A stretch of 60,553 nt of DNA, the filler included, from Malassezia furfur (taxonomy: Eukaryota): assembly GCA_052055015.1 (NCBI GenBank). It is 3 parts of 3 records of this genome, joined end to end, with 100 filler letters (N's around TTAATTAATTAA, not from the genome) between each part and the next. Parts side by side here need not be neighbours in the genome. Positions count along the whole stretch, not along the records: positions 1 to 20,300 come from JBQJIT010000178.1; 2 more parts are not named here. One strand, given 5' to 3'. Shown one piece after another: positions 1-12,517 of the stretch. Position numbers and translations under genes: made by a program. Numbering within the stretch: the first letter of the stretch is position 1; each line of letters opens with the position of its first letter. The notes beneath the pieces were generated by a model, which had not been told where the DNA came from, did no database searches, and worked only from the letters and a program-made list of their open reading frames with translations.

Positions 1-384
1 CAGCCAGGCGCGCAGGCGCCGCGCGCCGCTTCCGCGCTCGCTGTCCACGCTGCGTGTGTCGGCGTCCGGGCGTGAGGACGACGATGCGCGAAAGGGGCGC
101 CACCTGCGCTCGCCGCCATCGCTATCGCCGGCGCCAGGCGCCCTGCTGCGCCGCAGCGAGGGCGTGCGAAAGAGGTGCAGCGGGTTGAGCAGGCGGGCCC
201 TGCTGCCGCTGCCGCCTGCGTCCCGCACAGGCGTGTCGGGCGACGCAGGCGCATCGGACGCCGGCACCTGCCAGGGCGTGATGTCCTGCAGCGACTGCCC
301 GTCATCCATAGTACGCGCGACGCGCTGCTCTATGATGCCCGCATCCCCGCGCGGCGCCGCGGAGGACCGCGGCGGCTCGTCCAT
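1..384 (-). CDS. 5' part of an unidentified protein running off the window start (MDEPPRSSAAPRGDAGIIEQRVARTMDDGQSLQDITPWQVP...)
   Basis: ATG at 384-382, then 128 stop-free codons to position 1; divergent from the NIPA gene across 83 bp. No recognisable domain. Confidence 0.55.
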   Translation of the reverse strand, partial: MDEPPRSSAAPRGDAGIIEQRVARTMDDGQSLQDITPWQVPASDAPASPDTPVRDAGGSGSRARLLNPLHLFRTPSLRRSRAPGAGDSDGGERRWRPFRASSSSRPDADTRSVDSERGSGARRLRAWL

Positions 385-467
385 GGGGCCAGGGCAAGTG
401 TCGCCCCCGCGCACGTGGCTAGGGCGCGGCGCGTGCACCCCCACCACAACACACTGGGACGGGGGGC

Positions 468-2409
468 ATGTCGCTGACGGATCCCGAGAGCAACCCCCCA
501 GGGTTCAAGTATGTGGGACTGGTACGTTGCGCCGCTTACGCAGGGGCTCGCCGTGCTGAGTGGCGTGTTCATCGGCTCGTCGTTCGTGTTCAAAAAAAAG
601 GGGCTGCTGTCGGCGCAGCGCAAGTACGAGACGACCGCGGGCGAGTCGCATGCGTACCTCAAGAGCCCGATGTGGTGGACGGGGATGATCATCATGGTGC
701 TCGGTGAGGTGCTCAACTTTGTGGCGTACGCGTTCGCCGACGCCGTGCTCGTCACGCCGATGGGCGCGCTGTCGGTGGTCGTGTGCGCCATCCTCTCGTC
801 CATCTTCCTGAAAGAGTGCCTGACGCTCTTTGGCAAGGTCGGGTGTTTTTTGTGCATCGTCGGCTCGGTGATCATCGCCGTGAACGCGCCCGAGCAAAAG
901 ACGAGCGGCAACATCCGCGAGTACGAGAAGCTGTTCATCGCGCCGGGCTTCCTCGTCTGGCTCGGGATCTGCATCGTGACGGCGCTCGCACTCATCTTCT
1001 TCGTCGCACCGCGCTACGGCAAGAAGAGCATGCTTGTCTACATCACCGTGTGCTCCGTGATCGGCGGGCTGAGCGTGAGCGTCACGAGCGGGCTCGGCGC
1101 GGCCATCATCCTGTCGATCCGCGGGCGCAACCAGTTCACCTACTGGTTCACCTACTTCCTCCTCGCGTTCATCATCGTCACCCTCCTCGTCGAGATCAAC
1201 TACCTGAACAAGGCGCTCGAGCTGTTCAACACCGCCGCGGTCACGCCAACCTACTACGTGATGTTCACCGCCGCGACCATCATCACCTCCATCATCCTGT
1301 CGAAGGGCATGCGCGCGAGCGCCGCGACGATCGTCACCATCGTGTTTGGCTTCTTTGTGATCTGCTCGGGCATCGTCCTCCTGCAACTCAGCAAGATGGA
1401 CCCGCAGGAGCTCAAGGAGCAGCCGGGCGTCGACCGCAAGTCGTCCATGCTCGTGCGCATGACCCAACTCCCGCACGAGCCGGAAAAGAGCGAGGAGGTC
1501 ACGCACATCGAGGACCCGGGCATGGACACGGTGCGCGGCGGCATGGGCGTCATCGGCAGCATCCTGCGCGCCAACAGCACACGCCGTGTGCACTCGCGCC
1601 GCCGCTGCGACGACGAAGAGGACGGGATCGGCGGCGAGGTGCAGCGCTACCAGCTCTACGACCGGCCCGTGTCGTACACACCGACGGGTAGTGCGCCGAC
1701 CTCGCCCACGACGCACCCCTCGATCAAGTTCGCACCGGGCGCCGACGAGCCACACGGCCACCACGACGCGCACGCGGCATCGCACCGCGCCCACCACCAC
1801 CACGACCACCAGCACGACACGGCGCTGCCTCTCGCAGGTGCGATCGACATCGGCCACGCGCTCGCGCCCATCCTCGAGCACAAAAAGCGCTCGACGAGCG
1901 GAAGCCAGCGCTCGACAAGCACGCGCCGCCGTGCCTCGGAGAAGCGCCCAGGACACCATATCATCGGGAGCGACATCACCTTTGACGACGAGGACGACGT
2001 CGACCTCGGCGAGCAGACCGCCGCCGACACGCACGGCGTGGACGTCGACTTGCCGCCCATCTGGAAGGACGTGTCGGACGACGAGACGTACGGCATCGCG
2101 TCGCCCACCATGATCGTGGACGAGTACTGCCGCGAGCCGTTCACGCCCTCGTCGCCCACCTCGCAAGGTCGGCGCACGCCGAGCCTCGGCCTGCGCAGCT
2201 TCTCGCGCAGCCGGCGGCAGGACACGCAAAGCAACGACGACGGGCCACTGCGCGACGCGCTTGGCCTCTTCAAGCTGCGCAAGACCTCGCGCCGCGGCGG
2301 CGGCGGCGGTGCATCGTCGGGCCGTGAGTCGTCGTCGCCGCCGCCGGTGCCATTCCTGCGGCCGGAGCGGCGCACGACGGCACCCGAAGAAACCCATCTT
2401 TTGCCCTGA
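468..2409 (+). CDS. NIPA-family magnesium transporter (DMT superfamily) with long disordered C-tail
   Basis: Motifs [57 protein letters not shown]. Exon 1 468-521 ([18 protein letters not shown]), 22-nt intron 522-543 (gtacgt...cttacgcag), exon 2 544-2409. Confidence 0.92.
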
Positions 2410-2453
2410 TATGTAAATGAATCATTGCATAGTTCTTCTGTACTATCACACGC

Positions 2454-2835
2454 CTATGCGGGATGCGGCACGACGTCGCTGCGTGTTTCACTTTTGTAGC
2501 GCTGGGGGTAAGGGATAGGCGACGTACCAGCAGACGCACGATCTGCGCGCCCTGCGCGGTCGCATTCGTCAGGTGGCACACAAACAGCAGCATGTTGCGC
2601 GGCTGCACACGCAACGCGAAGCGCATAAACACACAGCTGTACAGGCACAGCGTCGGCGTCATCGTCGGCGAAATCAGCGCAGGGTCCTTCTTCAAGTCCG
2701 ACAGCGCGGCGATCGGCAGCGTCCAGTTCGCCACCGGGCCCCAGAAGTGGGTCGACTGCGTGAGCGTGGGCAACGCACCATGAAATAGTCGCGCGTCGCG
2801 GGCGACCGCAGCCAGGCCATAAACGACGACGCCAT
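2454..2835 (-). CDS. MPC1: Mitochondrial pyruvate carrier subunit 1
   Basis: [49 protein letters not shown]; introns 2756-2778 (23 nt) and 2502-2527 (26 nt) restore the frame. Confidence 0.92.
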
Positions 2836-3056
2836 GGTGGATGGGGTTTGGGCGCGGCCGACGGGCGCGCTCGCCGCATATTTCCCCGGGCCGACAGGTG
2901 GAGGTCGCTGCCCCGGCGTCAGGCAAGTGCTGCCTCTCCCCCACCCAGCGCCCCAGGTAGGTAGGAGTTGGAAAGAGAGATGACGGTGTAGTGGTACACG
3001 GGCTGTTTGCGAAATGGCTACAGCAGGGTCACTATATGGCAAAGGAGACAACGCCT

Positions 3057-4730
3057 CTAGGCGCGCTGCGAGCTCGGGCCCGCCTTGAGCACCTCGGGCT
3101 TGACGTCCTTCTCGTACTTGACAAAGGCCTCCGAGAACATGCCCGCGAGCTTCTTGAGCTCGGCCTCAAAGCCGGCCTTGTCGGGCCACGCCTTGGAGGG
3201 CTCGAGGATCTCGTCAGGGACGTTGTTCACCTGCTTGGGCACCTGCAGGTCAAAGACACCCGGCGCAAACGTCTCAAACTCGGCCTTGGCGAGGCTGCCG
3301 TCGTGGATCGCGTCGAGGATCGCACGCGTGTACTTGAGCGGGCAGCGGCGGCCGACACCAAACTTGCCGCCGGTCCAGCCGGTGTTGATGAGCCACGCGT
3401 TGCAGTTGACGCGCGACATGCGGTCGGCAAGCATGGTCGCGTAGCGCTGCGGCTTAAGCACAATGAAGGGCTGGCCGTAGCACGTCGAGAAGGTCGGCGA
3501 GGGCTCCACCACACCGTCCTCGGTACCGGGCGTCTTCGAGGTGTAGCCGGCAATGAAGTGGTACTGCGCCTGCTCCGAGGTGAGCTTCGACACGGGCGGC
3601 AGCACACCGTAGGCGTCGCACGTGAGCATGATCACGTTCGACGGCTGCGCATCCGAAATGCAGGGAATCTTGGCGTTGGGAATAAAGTTGATCGGGTAGG
3701 CGCAGCGCGTGTTCTCCGTGAGGCTCGCGTCGTCATAGTCGGGCACGCGGGTCACGGGGTCGTAGGTGACGTTCTCGAGGATCGAGCCAAAGCGGATCGC
3801 GTTGAAGATCTCGGGCTCCTTCTCCGCCGAGAGGCCAATGCACTTGGCGTAGCAGCCACCCTCAATGTTGAACACACCCGTGTCCGACCACACGTGCTCG
3901 TCGTCACCAATGAGCATACGGTTGGGGTCCGCCGACAGCGTCGTCTTGCCCGTGCCCGACAGACCAAAGAAGAGCGACACGTCCTTGTTCTTACCCTCGT
4001 TGCACGACGAGTGCAGCGAGAGCTGGCCGAACTTGACCGGCTGCAGGTAGTGCATCACCGAGAAAATACCCTTCTTCATCTCACCGGCGTACTCGGTACC
4101 GAGAATCACCATCTCGCGGCGCTTGAAGTTAATCTCAACCGAGGTCGACGAGGTCATGCCGGCCGTGAAACGGTTCGCGGGGAACTGGCCAGCGTTGTAG
4201 ATGGTAAAGTCGGGCTCGCCAAAGTTCTCCAGCTCTTCCTGCGTGGGGCGGATGAGCATGTTGTGCATGAACAGCGCGTGGTAGGCACGGGCGCAGATCA
4301 CGCGCACCTTGATGCGGTACTTGGGGTCCCAGCCCGCAAAGCCGTCAAACACGTAAATGTCATCGCGGGTGTTGAGGTAGTCAATCGCACGCTCACGGTT
4401 GATCTCGAAGGTGTGCTCGTCGAGCTTGATGTTCACAGGGCCCCACCAAATGTCGTCCTTGGAGGAATCCTCGTACACGATACGCTTGTCCTTGGGCGAA
4501 CGGCCCGTCTTCTTGCCCGAGAAGTTGATCAGGGCACCGTTCGAGGAGATCACCGCACCCTCCTTCGCAATCGCCTCCTCGTAGAGCTTGGAGACGGCGC
4601 TGTTGCGCTTAATCTGGATGCGGTCCATGTCGAAACCGGCCTCGGAGAACATGGTAATGTCCAGCGACAGAAGCGGGTTCGCCACCTGCTGGTTAGGGAG
4701 CTCGTCGTGGTGGTTGCCGGGGGAAGTCAT
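3057..4730 (-). CDS. PCK1: Phosphoenolpyruvate carboxykinase (ATP)
   Basis: [55 protein letters not shown] at 4730 with TATA-like TATATAAA about 40-50 bp upstream. Confidence 0.97.
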   Translation of the reverse strand: MTSPGNHHDELPNQQVANPLLSLDITMFSEAGFDMDRIQIKRNSAVSKLYEEAIAKEGAVISSNGALINFSGKKTGRSPKDKRIVYEDSSKDDIWWGPVNIKLDEHTFEINRERAIDYLNTRDDIYVFDGFAGWDPKYRIKVRVICARAYHALFMHNMLIRPTQEELENFGEPDFTIYNAGQFPANRFTAGMTSSTSVEINFKRREMVILGTEYAGEMKKGIFSVMHYLQPVKFGQLSLHSSCNEGKNKDVSLFFGLSGTGKTTLSADPNRMLIGDDEHVWSDTGVFNIEGGCYAKCIGLSAEKEPEIFNAIRFGSILENVTYDPVTRVPDYDDASLTENTRCAYPINFIPNAKIPCISDAQPSNVIMLTCDAYGVLPPVSKLTSEQAQYHFIAGYTSKTPGTEDGVVEPSPTFSTCYGQPFIVLKPQRYATMLADRMSRVNCNAWLINTGWTGGKFGVGRRCPLKYTRAILDAIHDGSLAKAEFETFAPGVFDLQVPKQVNNVPDEILEPSKAWPDKAGFEAELKKLAGMFSEAFVKYEKDVKPEVLKAGPSSQRA

Positions 4731-4852
4731 GATGTACTGAGAAGATCGCACGGCACCCCACTACCCGGCATTTATATAATGTTGGTCATTCCCATCCGCC
4801 TGCGCCTTAATGCACAGGACAACGTTTCCCCACGGCGTATGCGCCGGGGTAG

Positions 4853-4866
4853 CCGGCCTCTACCGG
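4853..4866. promoter_or_regulatory. CCG-N7-CCG (CCGG-N6-CCGG) candidate AcuK/AcuM-type Zn2Cys6 binding site upstream of PCK1
   Basis: ccgGCCTCTAccgg at 4853-4866, flanked by further CCG triplets at 4844 and 4871. Confidence 0.4.
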
Positions 4867-5109
4867 TAACCCGCAGCAAAAGGACGCGCGGCTGCAGGTC
4901 GCGATCTCTTCCCCACCACTCAATTTGTCATTTGACGTAATGGAACGGAGCATTTCGGAACACACAATTTAGCTCGGCCCCCCCACACGGCCTACGCGTC
5001 CCCGCATGGCCCTGGCGCTCGGGTCCACACGGAGAACTCGGCCGATTTTCCACGTGGCAAGATTTTCTCGTCCGCCGACGCCGTCGTGCAGCATCCCAAC
5101 GCGTCGGCC

Positions 5110-5558
5110 ATGCGCTTGCTGACGCACAATTTGCTGGCGTGCCACGCCAAAGGCTGTGGAAATTCGTCCAAGAACTTTCCCTTGCAGCTTCGCAATGTCC
5201 AGCTGGAAATGATTGAGGCAGAGTACAACGAAACCTTCCTCAAGGGGTTCTTGCCCAAGCTCCACTGGCCAGCGCTCGTCGGCGCCGCGCGCCAGCTCGG
5301 CCAGACGTCGCTCCCAGACCAGGAGCCGGATTTCACGCAGCAGGAGCCGAGCGACGAGCTGCTCCAAGCGCTGCACCACATCCTGCTCGAGGTACGTCGC
5401 TCGCCGCGCTCACACGCAGCTGCATATCGCTGAGGGCGAAATGGTTTGTCCCAACTGCGGGCATGTCTACACGATTCGCAGCGGGATTCCCAACATGGTA
5501 GGTTCCTCGGTACCGTGCTTACACCTAGCTGCTGGCCGAACACGAAATACCCAAGTAA
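5110..5558 (+). CDS. TRM112: Multifunctional methyltransferase activator subunit Trm112
   Basis: MRLLTHNLLAC..GC...FPL...LHHILLE|LHIAEGEMVCPNCGHVYTIRSGIPNM|LLAEHE; introns 5392-5419 (28 nt) and 5498-5528 (31 nt). Confidence 0.95.
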
Positions 5559-5693
5559 CCCTTGTGCCGCCTCCATACCCCACATTGTGCCTTGGGCATA
5601 AGCTGATAAAAAATATATTATCCGGCGTCGCAGTGGTCCCCCGCGACCGTGCGTGTTAGGCTGTATGCAGCGATAAACTATAGTACAACGTGT

Positions 5694-7373
5694 CTAAGAG
5701 AGGATGGGAAGGAACTGCGTAAGTTGTGTCAACATACATTGCCAACCACGTATGCAGGCAAATCGAACGGGTCGCGCTTGATCGTGAAGCACCACGTGCA
5801 GGGGATGCGTTTTCCAGAGGGGTTGAGCAGAACACAGGTGGTCATGACAGAGGGCGTCGTGTTCTCAAAGGCGTGACTGGCAAACTGCTCCCTGCGGTCA
5901 GTATACCCCCGGTGCGCACACGTACCAGTAATTCAGCACCGAGTCCTTGTCCATAAATTGGTACATGTACTTCCCCAGCAGATCTTCCTTGGTCCATTGG
6001 GTAAGCATGCAGAACTCTGCGCCCACCACGCAGATTTCGCATGTCCGGCGCCACACGACTGTCGGCGTGCCCGAGAACGAGATGAGCTTCTCAAACTCGA
6101 GCATGGTGCGCTGGAACGCGCGCTCCACAAACTTTTCGTCCTCCTCGCTGAGCGCCATTTGCAGCGCAATCAGCGACGGACGGAAAATGGCGAGCGCACG
6201 CACGATCCGCAGCACATCGCTCTTTTCGTACTTTTGCGTGACGTACTTGAGCAAGATATGGTAGCCCTCCGTGTAGCGAAACGGCTTTGTGTCGCCTCGA
6301 TAGACATCGGCCACGCGCTGCTTCCACAAGTTATCATTGTGGCTCTCATGTTCCACCGCGCCTGACGGCTCATCAGGGCGCTTGTGTGCGTTGGCTTTGT
6401 CCATCGAAGATGGTGTATCCGTCTCCCCGCCATGCGGGGCATTTAATGAGCCAGTTGTAGGGCCCATCAGACGCCGGGCGTTGTTCGACTCGTCCATGCT
6501 CTGTTCTGGGTACACGGACATATCGCCAAACTCGGAGGCAACGGGTTTTTGTAGCATGGGCTGCATGGGTGGGTGCTGTGCATTCCAGGAAAGATGGGGG
6601 GCAAGCGTATCGTCGTTTCGGAGCTCGTGGGGCAGAACATTGTTCACATGGGTATAACTGTCCATAAGCTCCATGGCAGGGACCGTTGGCACGTCAGGCG
6701 AGTCGCTGTTGATTAGCCCCGAATCAGCATCGTGCAGCATCGAGGACAGAATCGAGCATTCGAGCCACGTTGGATCAAATCCGGATCCAGCGCCCGAGTC
6801 CATCGTGACGGGTTTGGCGTCCATCCGTGTGAGTTGGCTGGTCGGCTTGAACAGGGCAGATGCTGTGGTCAGACGCGGCAACGTACGTGGTGCAAATGCG
6901 GGAGCCGGGTTCGCCATGGGCATCGTCTCCGGCACATTGTTCGCAAACATGTCCCCAGGATGCGACGCGTCGGAGGAAATAGAGTGGTGCATTTTGGAAG
7001 CTGTGTGAGCCGACGCGCACGCACGTATTTCGTCCTCTTCCAGAAGGTACTTGGCCTTTTTCCGGTACCCATCGACACACTGGTCGGCAAGACCCTTGCG
7101 GATGCAGCGCTGGCATGGCCGCGCTGTGTGTTAGTCGCGCGCGAAAAAGGCACACGTACAATCGTCGCAAGTCAGATGGGCTTTTTGGCAATGGTAGCAT
7201 GCACGACTGGCCTTTTTCCGACGAGACGTGCGTGGCGCACTCTTGTCCGTGTTGCCACGCTCCTGCTTGGGTTGCGGCGCATCTTGCATCTGAGACGGTG
7301 TCAATGTGTGGGTGTTGGCATGCGTCGACACCTTGTCGTCGGGCGGCGACGGCCCTGCATTGTCGACGTGCAT
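5694..7373 (-). CDS. ERT1: Zn(II)2Cys6 + PAS-domain transcription activator of gluconeogenesis (ERT1/AcuK family)
   Basis: RACYHCQKAHLTCDD|SRPCQRCIRKGL..C; PFRYTEGYH.L, FRPSLIA, SGTPTVVWRRT.EI, C-terminal IKRD.FDLP..VVGN|FLPILS; introns 7124-7159, 7001-7024 (in-frame, uncertain), 5892-5925, 5715-5737. Confidence 0.88.
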
Positions 7374-7726
7374 GGCCAGCTATGTATTCTCCAGGATGCG
7401 CTTCGTCACTAAATGCTCAGCAATAGACAATGCTCGCACTTCTCCTGCCGCGCATGCGCCGTCACGCCGGCTCTGACAAAAATGAGGGCGCGAGTCGATG
7501 TCGTGGAAGTCGGGGCCAGATTGGTTACGCGAAAAATTGCACATGTGCCCCTCTCGTTAAGGCCGCGCTCGCGCCAAGCAAGCCGGTTCGCGACGGCGAC
7601 ACGGTGCGGTAAGGCATCGTATGGCACACTACAAGGGACGGCGAGTGTCCTATATCCTACAGCAGCTCGGGAAGGTGACCCTCATGCGGGTCTCTGGGTG
7701 CAGATGGTGTCAAAGTCAGCCACTGC

Positions 7727-7912
7727 TCAGTGGTGCGCCGCCTTCTTCAGCTGGTCGCCCCGGAACTTGTCGTAGACAAGGTAGAGCACGAACGCCGAGG
7801 TGCCAAGGCCCAGGCCAGGGAACATGTTGCGCATGTAGAAGCGGGTCGAGAACAAGGGGTGCTTGCGCCATGCCTCGCGCTTCGCCCAGGGGTCACGGTA
7901 GAGATCCGACAT
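7727..7912 (-). CDS. NADH:ubiquinone oxidoreductase B12 subunit (NDUFB3-like)
   Basis: RDPWAKREAWRKHPLFS...NMFPGLG followed by a single TM helix; probable 28-nt 5'UTR intron 7922-7949 (GTACGT...CTGACAACAG). Confidence 0.9.
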   Translation of the reverse strand: MSDLYRDPWAKREAWRKHPLFSTRFYMRNMFPGLGLGTSAFVLYLVYDKFRGDQLKKAAHH

Positions 7913-8115
7913 CTTGGTAGACTGTTGTCAGAACGCTGTGCATACGTACGGGTAAGATGAGAGACAACGATTTGGAAGCAAAGAGACGCTGGCAAGAGGA
8001 CCGCTCGTCGACCGCGTTGCACTAAGGAAAGAGCGGTGCGACCGCCCGAGCGAAACGTCACGTGACGTACCACGCTCCCACGCGACCGACGTGCACGGTT
8101 GAGAGGGCAGCCAGC

Positions 8116-8369
8116 ATGCCGGGCCCGGCCAAGGTAGGTGGCATACGCTAACCTGCAAAGAGAGCGCGCACGGTAGTGTACAAAGAGGAGTCCTCGGATG
8201 ACGAGGTGCCCCTCCGCGTGCAGGTGAAGAAGGAGGAGTCCGCTTCGGACTCCGATTCGGACGTGCCGATGGCATCGCAGCAGAACGGCAACGACTCCGA
8301 CACGCCGCTACAGAACGGCGTGAAAGAGGAGAGCGAGGACGATGGCGAAGATGATGAGGACGAGGACGA

Positions 8370-8411
<42 letters not shown>

Positions 8412-10771
8412 CCCGAAGCGTAAGCGCAGCGGCCGTCAGAGCCAGTCCAAGTCGGACATCGAGGGCGGCGGCGAGCAGCGGTGGACGACCCTGATCCACA
8501 AGGGTCCGCGGTTTCCGGAGCCGTACAAGCCGCTGCCCGATGACGTGAAGCTCAAGTACGACGGCCGGCCGGTGAGTCTGCCGCCCGAGTCGGAGGAGGT
8601 CGCGATGTTTTACGCGGTGAAGCTCGAGACGCAGCACGCGCAGAACCCCATCTTTAACAAGAACTTTTTTGAGGACTTTTGCGTGAGTCTCAAAAAGTTC
8701 CCGCCGGTACGTGGCCTTGCACTGACCGCAGCGCGACGGCACCAAGATCAAAAAGTTTGACAAGCTCGACTTCCGCGACATGTACAACTACTGGAAGTCG
8801 CTCAAGGACGCCGAGGCCGAGCGGAAAAAGAGCATGGCGCCGTCGGCACGCAAGGCAGAGACGGCGGCGCGCAAGGCGGTCGAGAACGAGTACAAGACGT
8901 GCATTGTCGACGGCATCGAGCAAAAGGCAGGCAACGTCACCGTCGAGCCGCCCGGCCTGTTCTTGGGCCGCGGCGCCCATCCCAAGGCTGGGCGTGTCAA
9001 GGCACGCATCATGCCCGAGCAGATCACCATCAACCACAGCGCGGACCACCCTGCGCCTGCGCCGCCGGCCGGCCACAAGTGGGGCGAGGTGGTGGAGAAG
9101 AAGGACGTGACGTGGCTTGCGCTGTGGCGCGAGAACATCAACGGCGGCTTCAAATACGTCTTCCTGGACGCCTCGAGCAACTTCAAGACGGAGTCGGACC
9201 GCGAGAAGTTTGAAAAGGCGCGGCGCCTGGACGAGTGTGTGAAGCGCGTGCGGGCGGATGTGCTCAAGAACCTCACGTCGAAGAACCGGCTAGACCGCAT
9301 GGTCGCGACGATTGTGTGGCTCATCGACAACTTTTCGCTGCGTGCCGGCAACGAAAAGGGCGAGGACGAGGCCGAGACGTACGGTGTGTGTTCGCTGCGG
9401 TGTGGCCATGCGACGCTCATCATGCCGAACCAAATCAAGCTGTCCTTCCTCGGCAAGGACTCAATGAAGTTTGAGGAGACGCTGACGATCGGCAACAAGG
9501 ACGTGTTCAAGAACATGACCATGTTCCTCAAGACGGACGGCACCAAGGTGAACGGCGAATACGTCCGCAAGGGCCCCGACGACCCCATCTTTGCGGCGCC
9601 CAAGGCAAAGAGCAGCAAGATGACGCCGCTGTCGCCGGACGCGGTCAACCAGTTCCTGGGCAAGTACATGAAGGGGCTGAGTGCCAAAGTCTTCCGTACC
9701 TACAACGCCTCGGCGACCTTCCAGGGCCTCCTGGACCAGACGGAGCAGTGGCTCAACGCGCGGCCCACGCCGCAGGAGCGCGAGATTACGCCGGCGAATC
9801 TGCGCATCGCGTACAACGAGGCGAACCGGCAGGTGGCCATCCTGTGCAACCACCAAAAGACGGTGAACCACGTGCTGCTCAGCAAGGCGCTCGACCGCTC
9901 CAAGGATAAGATCTTTGCGCTGCGCTACCAAATCTTCAAGGAGCGCCAGAAGCTGCTCACGCACTACAAGGCCGCCGAACTCAAGAAGGAGTACCTGCCC
10001 AAGGACTACGACTTCGCCAAGAAGTGGAACCTGATCCTCGAGGAGCCCGACCTGGACAAGTCGCGCATCCAAGAGCACGAGGAGCAGTTTATCGCCGACA
10101 AGAAGGCGCGCATGATCACGGCGTTTGAACGGCAAGAGTCGGAGCGCAAGTACCAGGAAGAGCTGCGCAAGAACAACCAGATCAAGGACGAGGACACCGA
10201 CACCAAGCCGGTCAAGATCGCCACGCGCGAGCAGCTCGACGCCGAGTTGAAGAACCTCGACGAGCAGCTCAAGCTCCTCGCGCGCGAGCGCAAGGCAAAC
10301 AAGAGCGAGTCGGCCACGTGCAACGTGCCGTCCACCGCGCGGCGCATCCTGAGCAAGTACGAGGCGATCAAGAAGCAGGAGGCCGAGATGCTCAACAAGA
10401 ACAACACGAGCGACGTCTCGCTGGGGACGTCGAAGATCAACTACATCGACCCGCGTATCACGGTCGCATGGCTCAAAAAGTGGGACGACCGCCTGCGGAA
10501 AGAAGCGCCGCAGAAGAAGACCAAGGTCAAGACGGAGACCAAGGAGGAACAGGCTGCACAGACCGCCACGAGCGAGAAGATGGAGCTACACCTGCACGTC
10601 ATGAACATTGGCCAGTTCTTCCCGATGACCCTCCAAAAGAAGTTCCGGTGGGCGGCGCTCGATGACAACGGCAAGGACATCTCGCCCCAGTGGACGTTTG
10701 TCAAGGACGCCCAAAAGAAAATGCGCACGCTCGAAAGCGGCTGGCGCAAGAACGACGCGGCCGACGCCTAG
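8116..10771 (+). CDS. TOP1: DNA topoisomerase I (type IB)
   Basis: WTTL.H.GP.F, EPPGLFLGRG.HPK.G, LRAGNEK, FLGKDS, AKVFRTYNAS, ILCNHQ, catalytic SKINYIDPR; introns 8134-8160 (27 nt, AAG acceptor) and 8707-8731 (25 nt). Confidence 0.96.
8374..8409 (+). repeat. (GAC)12 trinucleotide repeat encoding poly-Asp in the TOP1 N-terminus
   Basis: Directly visible perfect repeat. Confidence 0.9.
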
Positions 10772-10823
10772 CGGTTTCGTTCACACTTATGTACCCAATA
10801 GCTCCTCCAAAAAGCAGTCCTAA

Positions 10824-10928
10824 GGCAAGATGGCCGAGTGGTCTAAGGCGCAACGTTAAGGTTTCCTTAATATAAGAGCTTCTAGCTTCCGTTGTCTTCG
10901 GGCGTGGGTTCGAATCCCACTCTTGTCA
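10824..10928 (+). tRNA. tRNA-Leu(AAG) with a 27-nt intron (10862-10888)
   Basis: Acceptor GGCAAGA/TCTTGTC, A-box TGGCCGAGTGG, anticodon stem CAACG/CGTTG with AAG at 10858-10860, B-box GGTTCGAATCC, T6 Pol III terminator 10932-10937; the intron carries CCTTAA, complementary to the anticodon loop. Confidence 0.93.
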
Positions 10929-11055
10929 CACTTTTTTGCCGCGCCTACGGCACCTCCACTTTTTGGAGAATCGATCTCTCGCTGTACGCCGAAATCTTTT
11001 GGTATACAATGGAAAGGGCAGCGCTATGTCGGTGTATGTCTTTCCGGCAGGAGAA

Positions 11056-12401
11056 TTATGCCTCGTCCGCATTAACGACTACGCCGCCATCTTCGGGAGG
11101 CAGTTGCGTAGTTGCCTCTTGGTTGGTTTGGAAGAAGAGCTCCGCACTGTCGGCCATCTCGCCAAATTGGTCGACCGTCTCGGGCGTTTGCAGCCAGCTT
11201 GCCGAGAGTGGCACATAGCTCGACGTATGACCGCCGTGCGGCGACAGCATACGCTTGACAGCGCGATACACATACGGCACATGCGTCAAGTTGGCCGTCA
11301 GCTCCTCGGCGCTCTCTTCGTCGCTCGAGATCTCCATCGCCTGTTCCTTGCGTTTCTGACGCTTACGCCGCCCGGTCTCTTCCTGTGCAACCGACGAGTC
11401 CGAGCCACTCGCACTGTCGTCGCTGTCGTCCGCCGAGTCGCTGTCGCGCCGGCGACGGCGCAGGTGCTTGCGGTGCCTGCTGCTTCCCCGCTGGGTGCTG
11501 CTGTGCACCACCGACGCGTCCGAGTCGTCTGAGTCGGACGCATTGTCACGGCGCTCGGCCGCGCGGCTGCCGCGCCGCACCGTCTGCGTGGGCAAAACAG
11601 GAATCTTCTCAATTTCGTTGTCATAGATGAGCAGGTCGAGAAGGGCCACGACATGCTCCGGCTCCAGCTCGGTATCCGTGAGCTTGGCCGCTTTCAAGTA
11701 GCGGTGCACGCTCGAGGCCGTCGGCAGCTCTGCCGTGTGAGAAGAGGGGTATAGAGCCGAGGAGCGCCCATCCTTGGGCCACGATTTCGACTGGATGAAA
11801 CGCAAGCAGGCCATGGACAGCTCGTGGATGAATCCCGTGTCCAGCTCGTTGTCGGTGTACCAAGGCCCGCCAGACAGCTCGATCGAGGGAGTGAGGTCAT
11901 ACAGCATGTAGATTTTGCGCGTCGGAAACTTGACCGACTTGACCGCCTTGACCAGCTGCTTCTGTTCAAGCAGCTTGAGACAGCGATTCATGATGGTCTG
12001 GTGCAGGTTGGTGCGCGCCTTGATCATTTTGGTCCAGATGCCTGGGGTTCAGTCGAGAAACGTACCTTCGTTCTTGGCATCTTTGATGTGGTTGTAGATG
12101 ATGAGCTCGTTGGCATCCATTGTCCCGAGCCTGGGTCATTAGGGGGCGCAACGTACAAGCTCGCTTCGTCCTTGGACACGGCGACATACTGGATGCCGTT
12201 CGGGCCTTTTTGCGCGTTGAACAAGCTCTTTTTGAGCAGGCCATTGATGGCCAACAGCTGCTCTTCAATCGGTACGTCGCTGAGCCGCAACGCCAAGTCT
12301 TCACCTGTGAGCGTATGCTCTGGCGCAGCAAGCGCGGCGGCATGTGCGCGTTTTTCCAGCGGCGTGAGCCCACCGGCATCGGGCGTCTTTCGCGGCGGCA
12401 T
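11056..12401 (-). CDS. RPC34: RNA polymerase III subunit C34/RPC6
   Basis: E.IIYNHIKDA.NEG|IWTK.IKARTNLHQT..NRCLK.LE, KSVKFPTRKIYML..LTPS.E.SGGPWY; introns 12131-12156 (26 nt) and 12042-12065 (24 nt). Confidence 0.92.
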
Positions 12402-12517
12402 CGGACTAGGAACGTAAGTGGGTGCCCACGCGGTAAAGGAAAAATGCTGCACGGGCGAATTGGTCCAATTTCTCCACATCCAGCTTCGGTCTTTGACAGC
12501 TTCGTGCGCGCCAAAGG

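Noticed and set aside
8680..8790. Apparent frameshifts or premature stops in TOP1, DUG2, ULA1, DST1 and others, suggesting pseudogenes or programmed frameshifting
   Set aside because: Each break is resolved by a canonical GT-AG micro-intron.
10824..12401. tRNA gene adjacent to a Pol III subunit gene, with MAF1 in the same window
   Set aside because: No mechanism is evident; plausible by chance in a dense genome.
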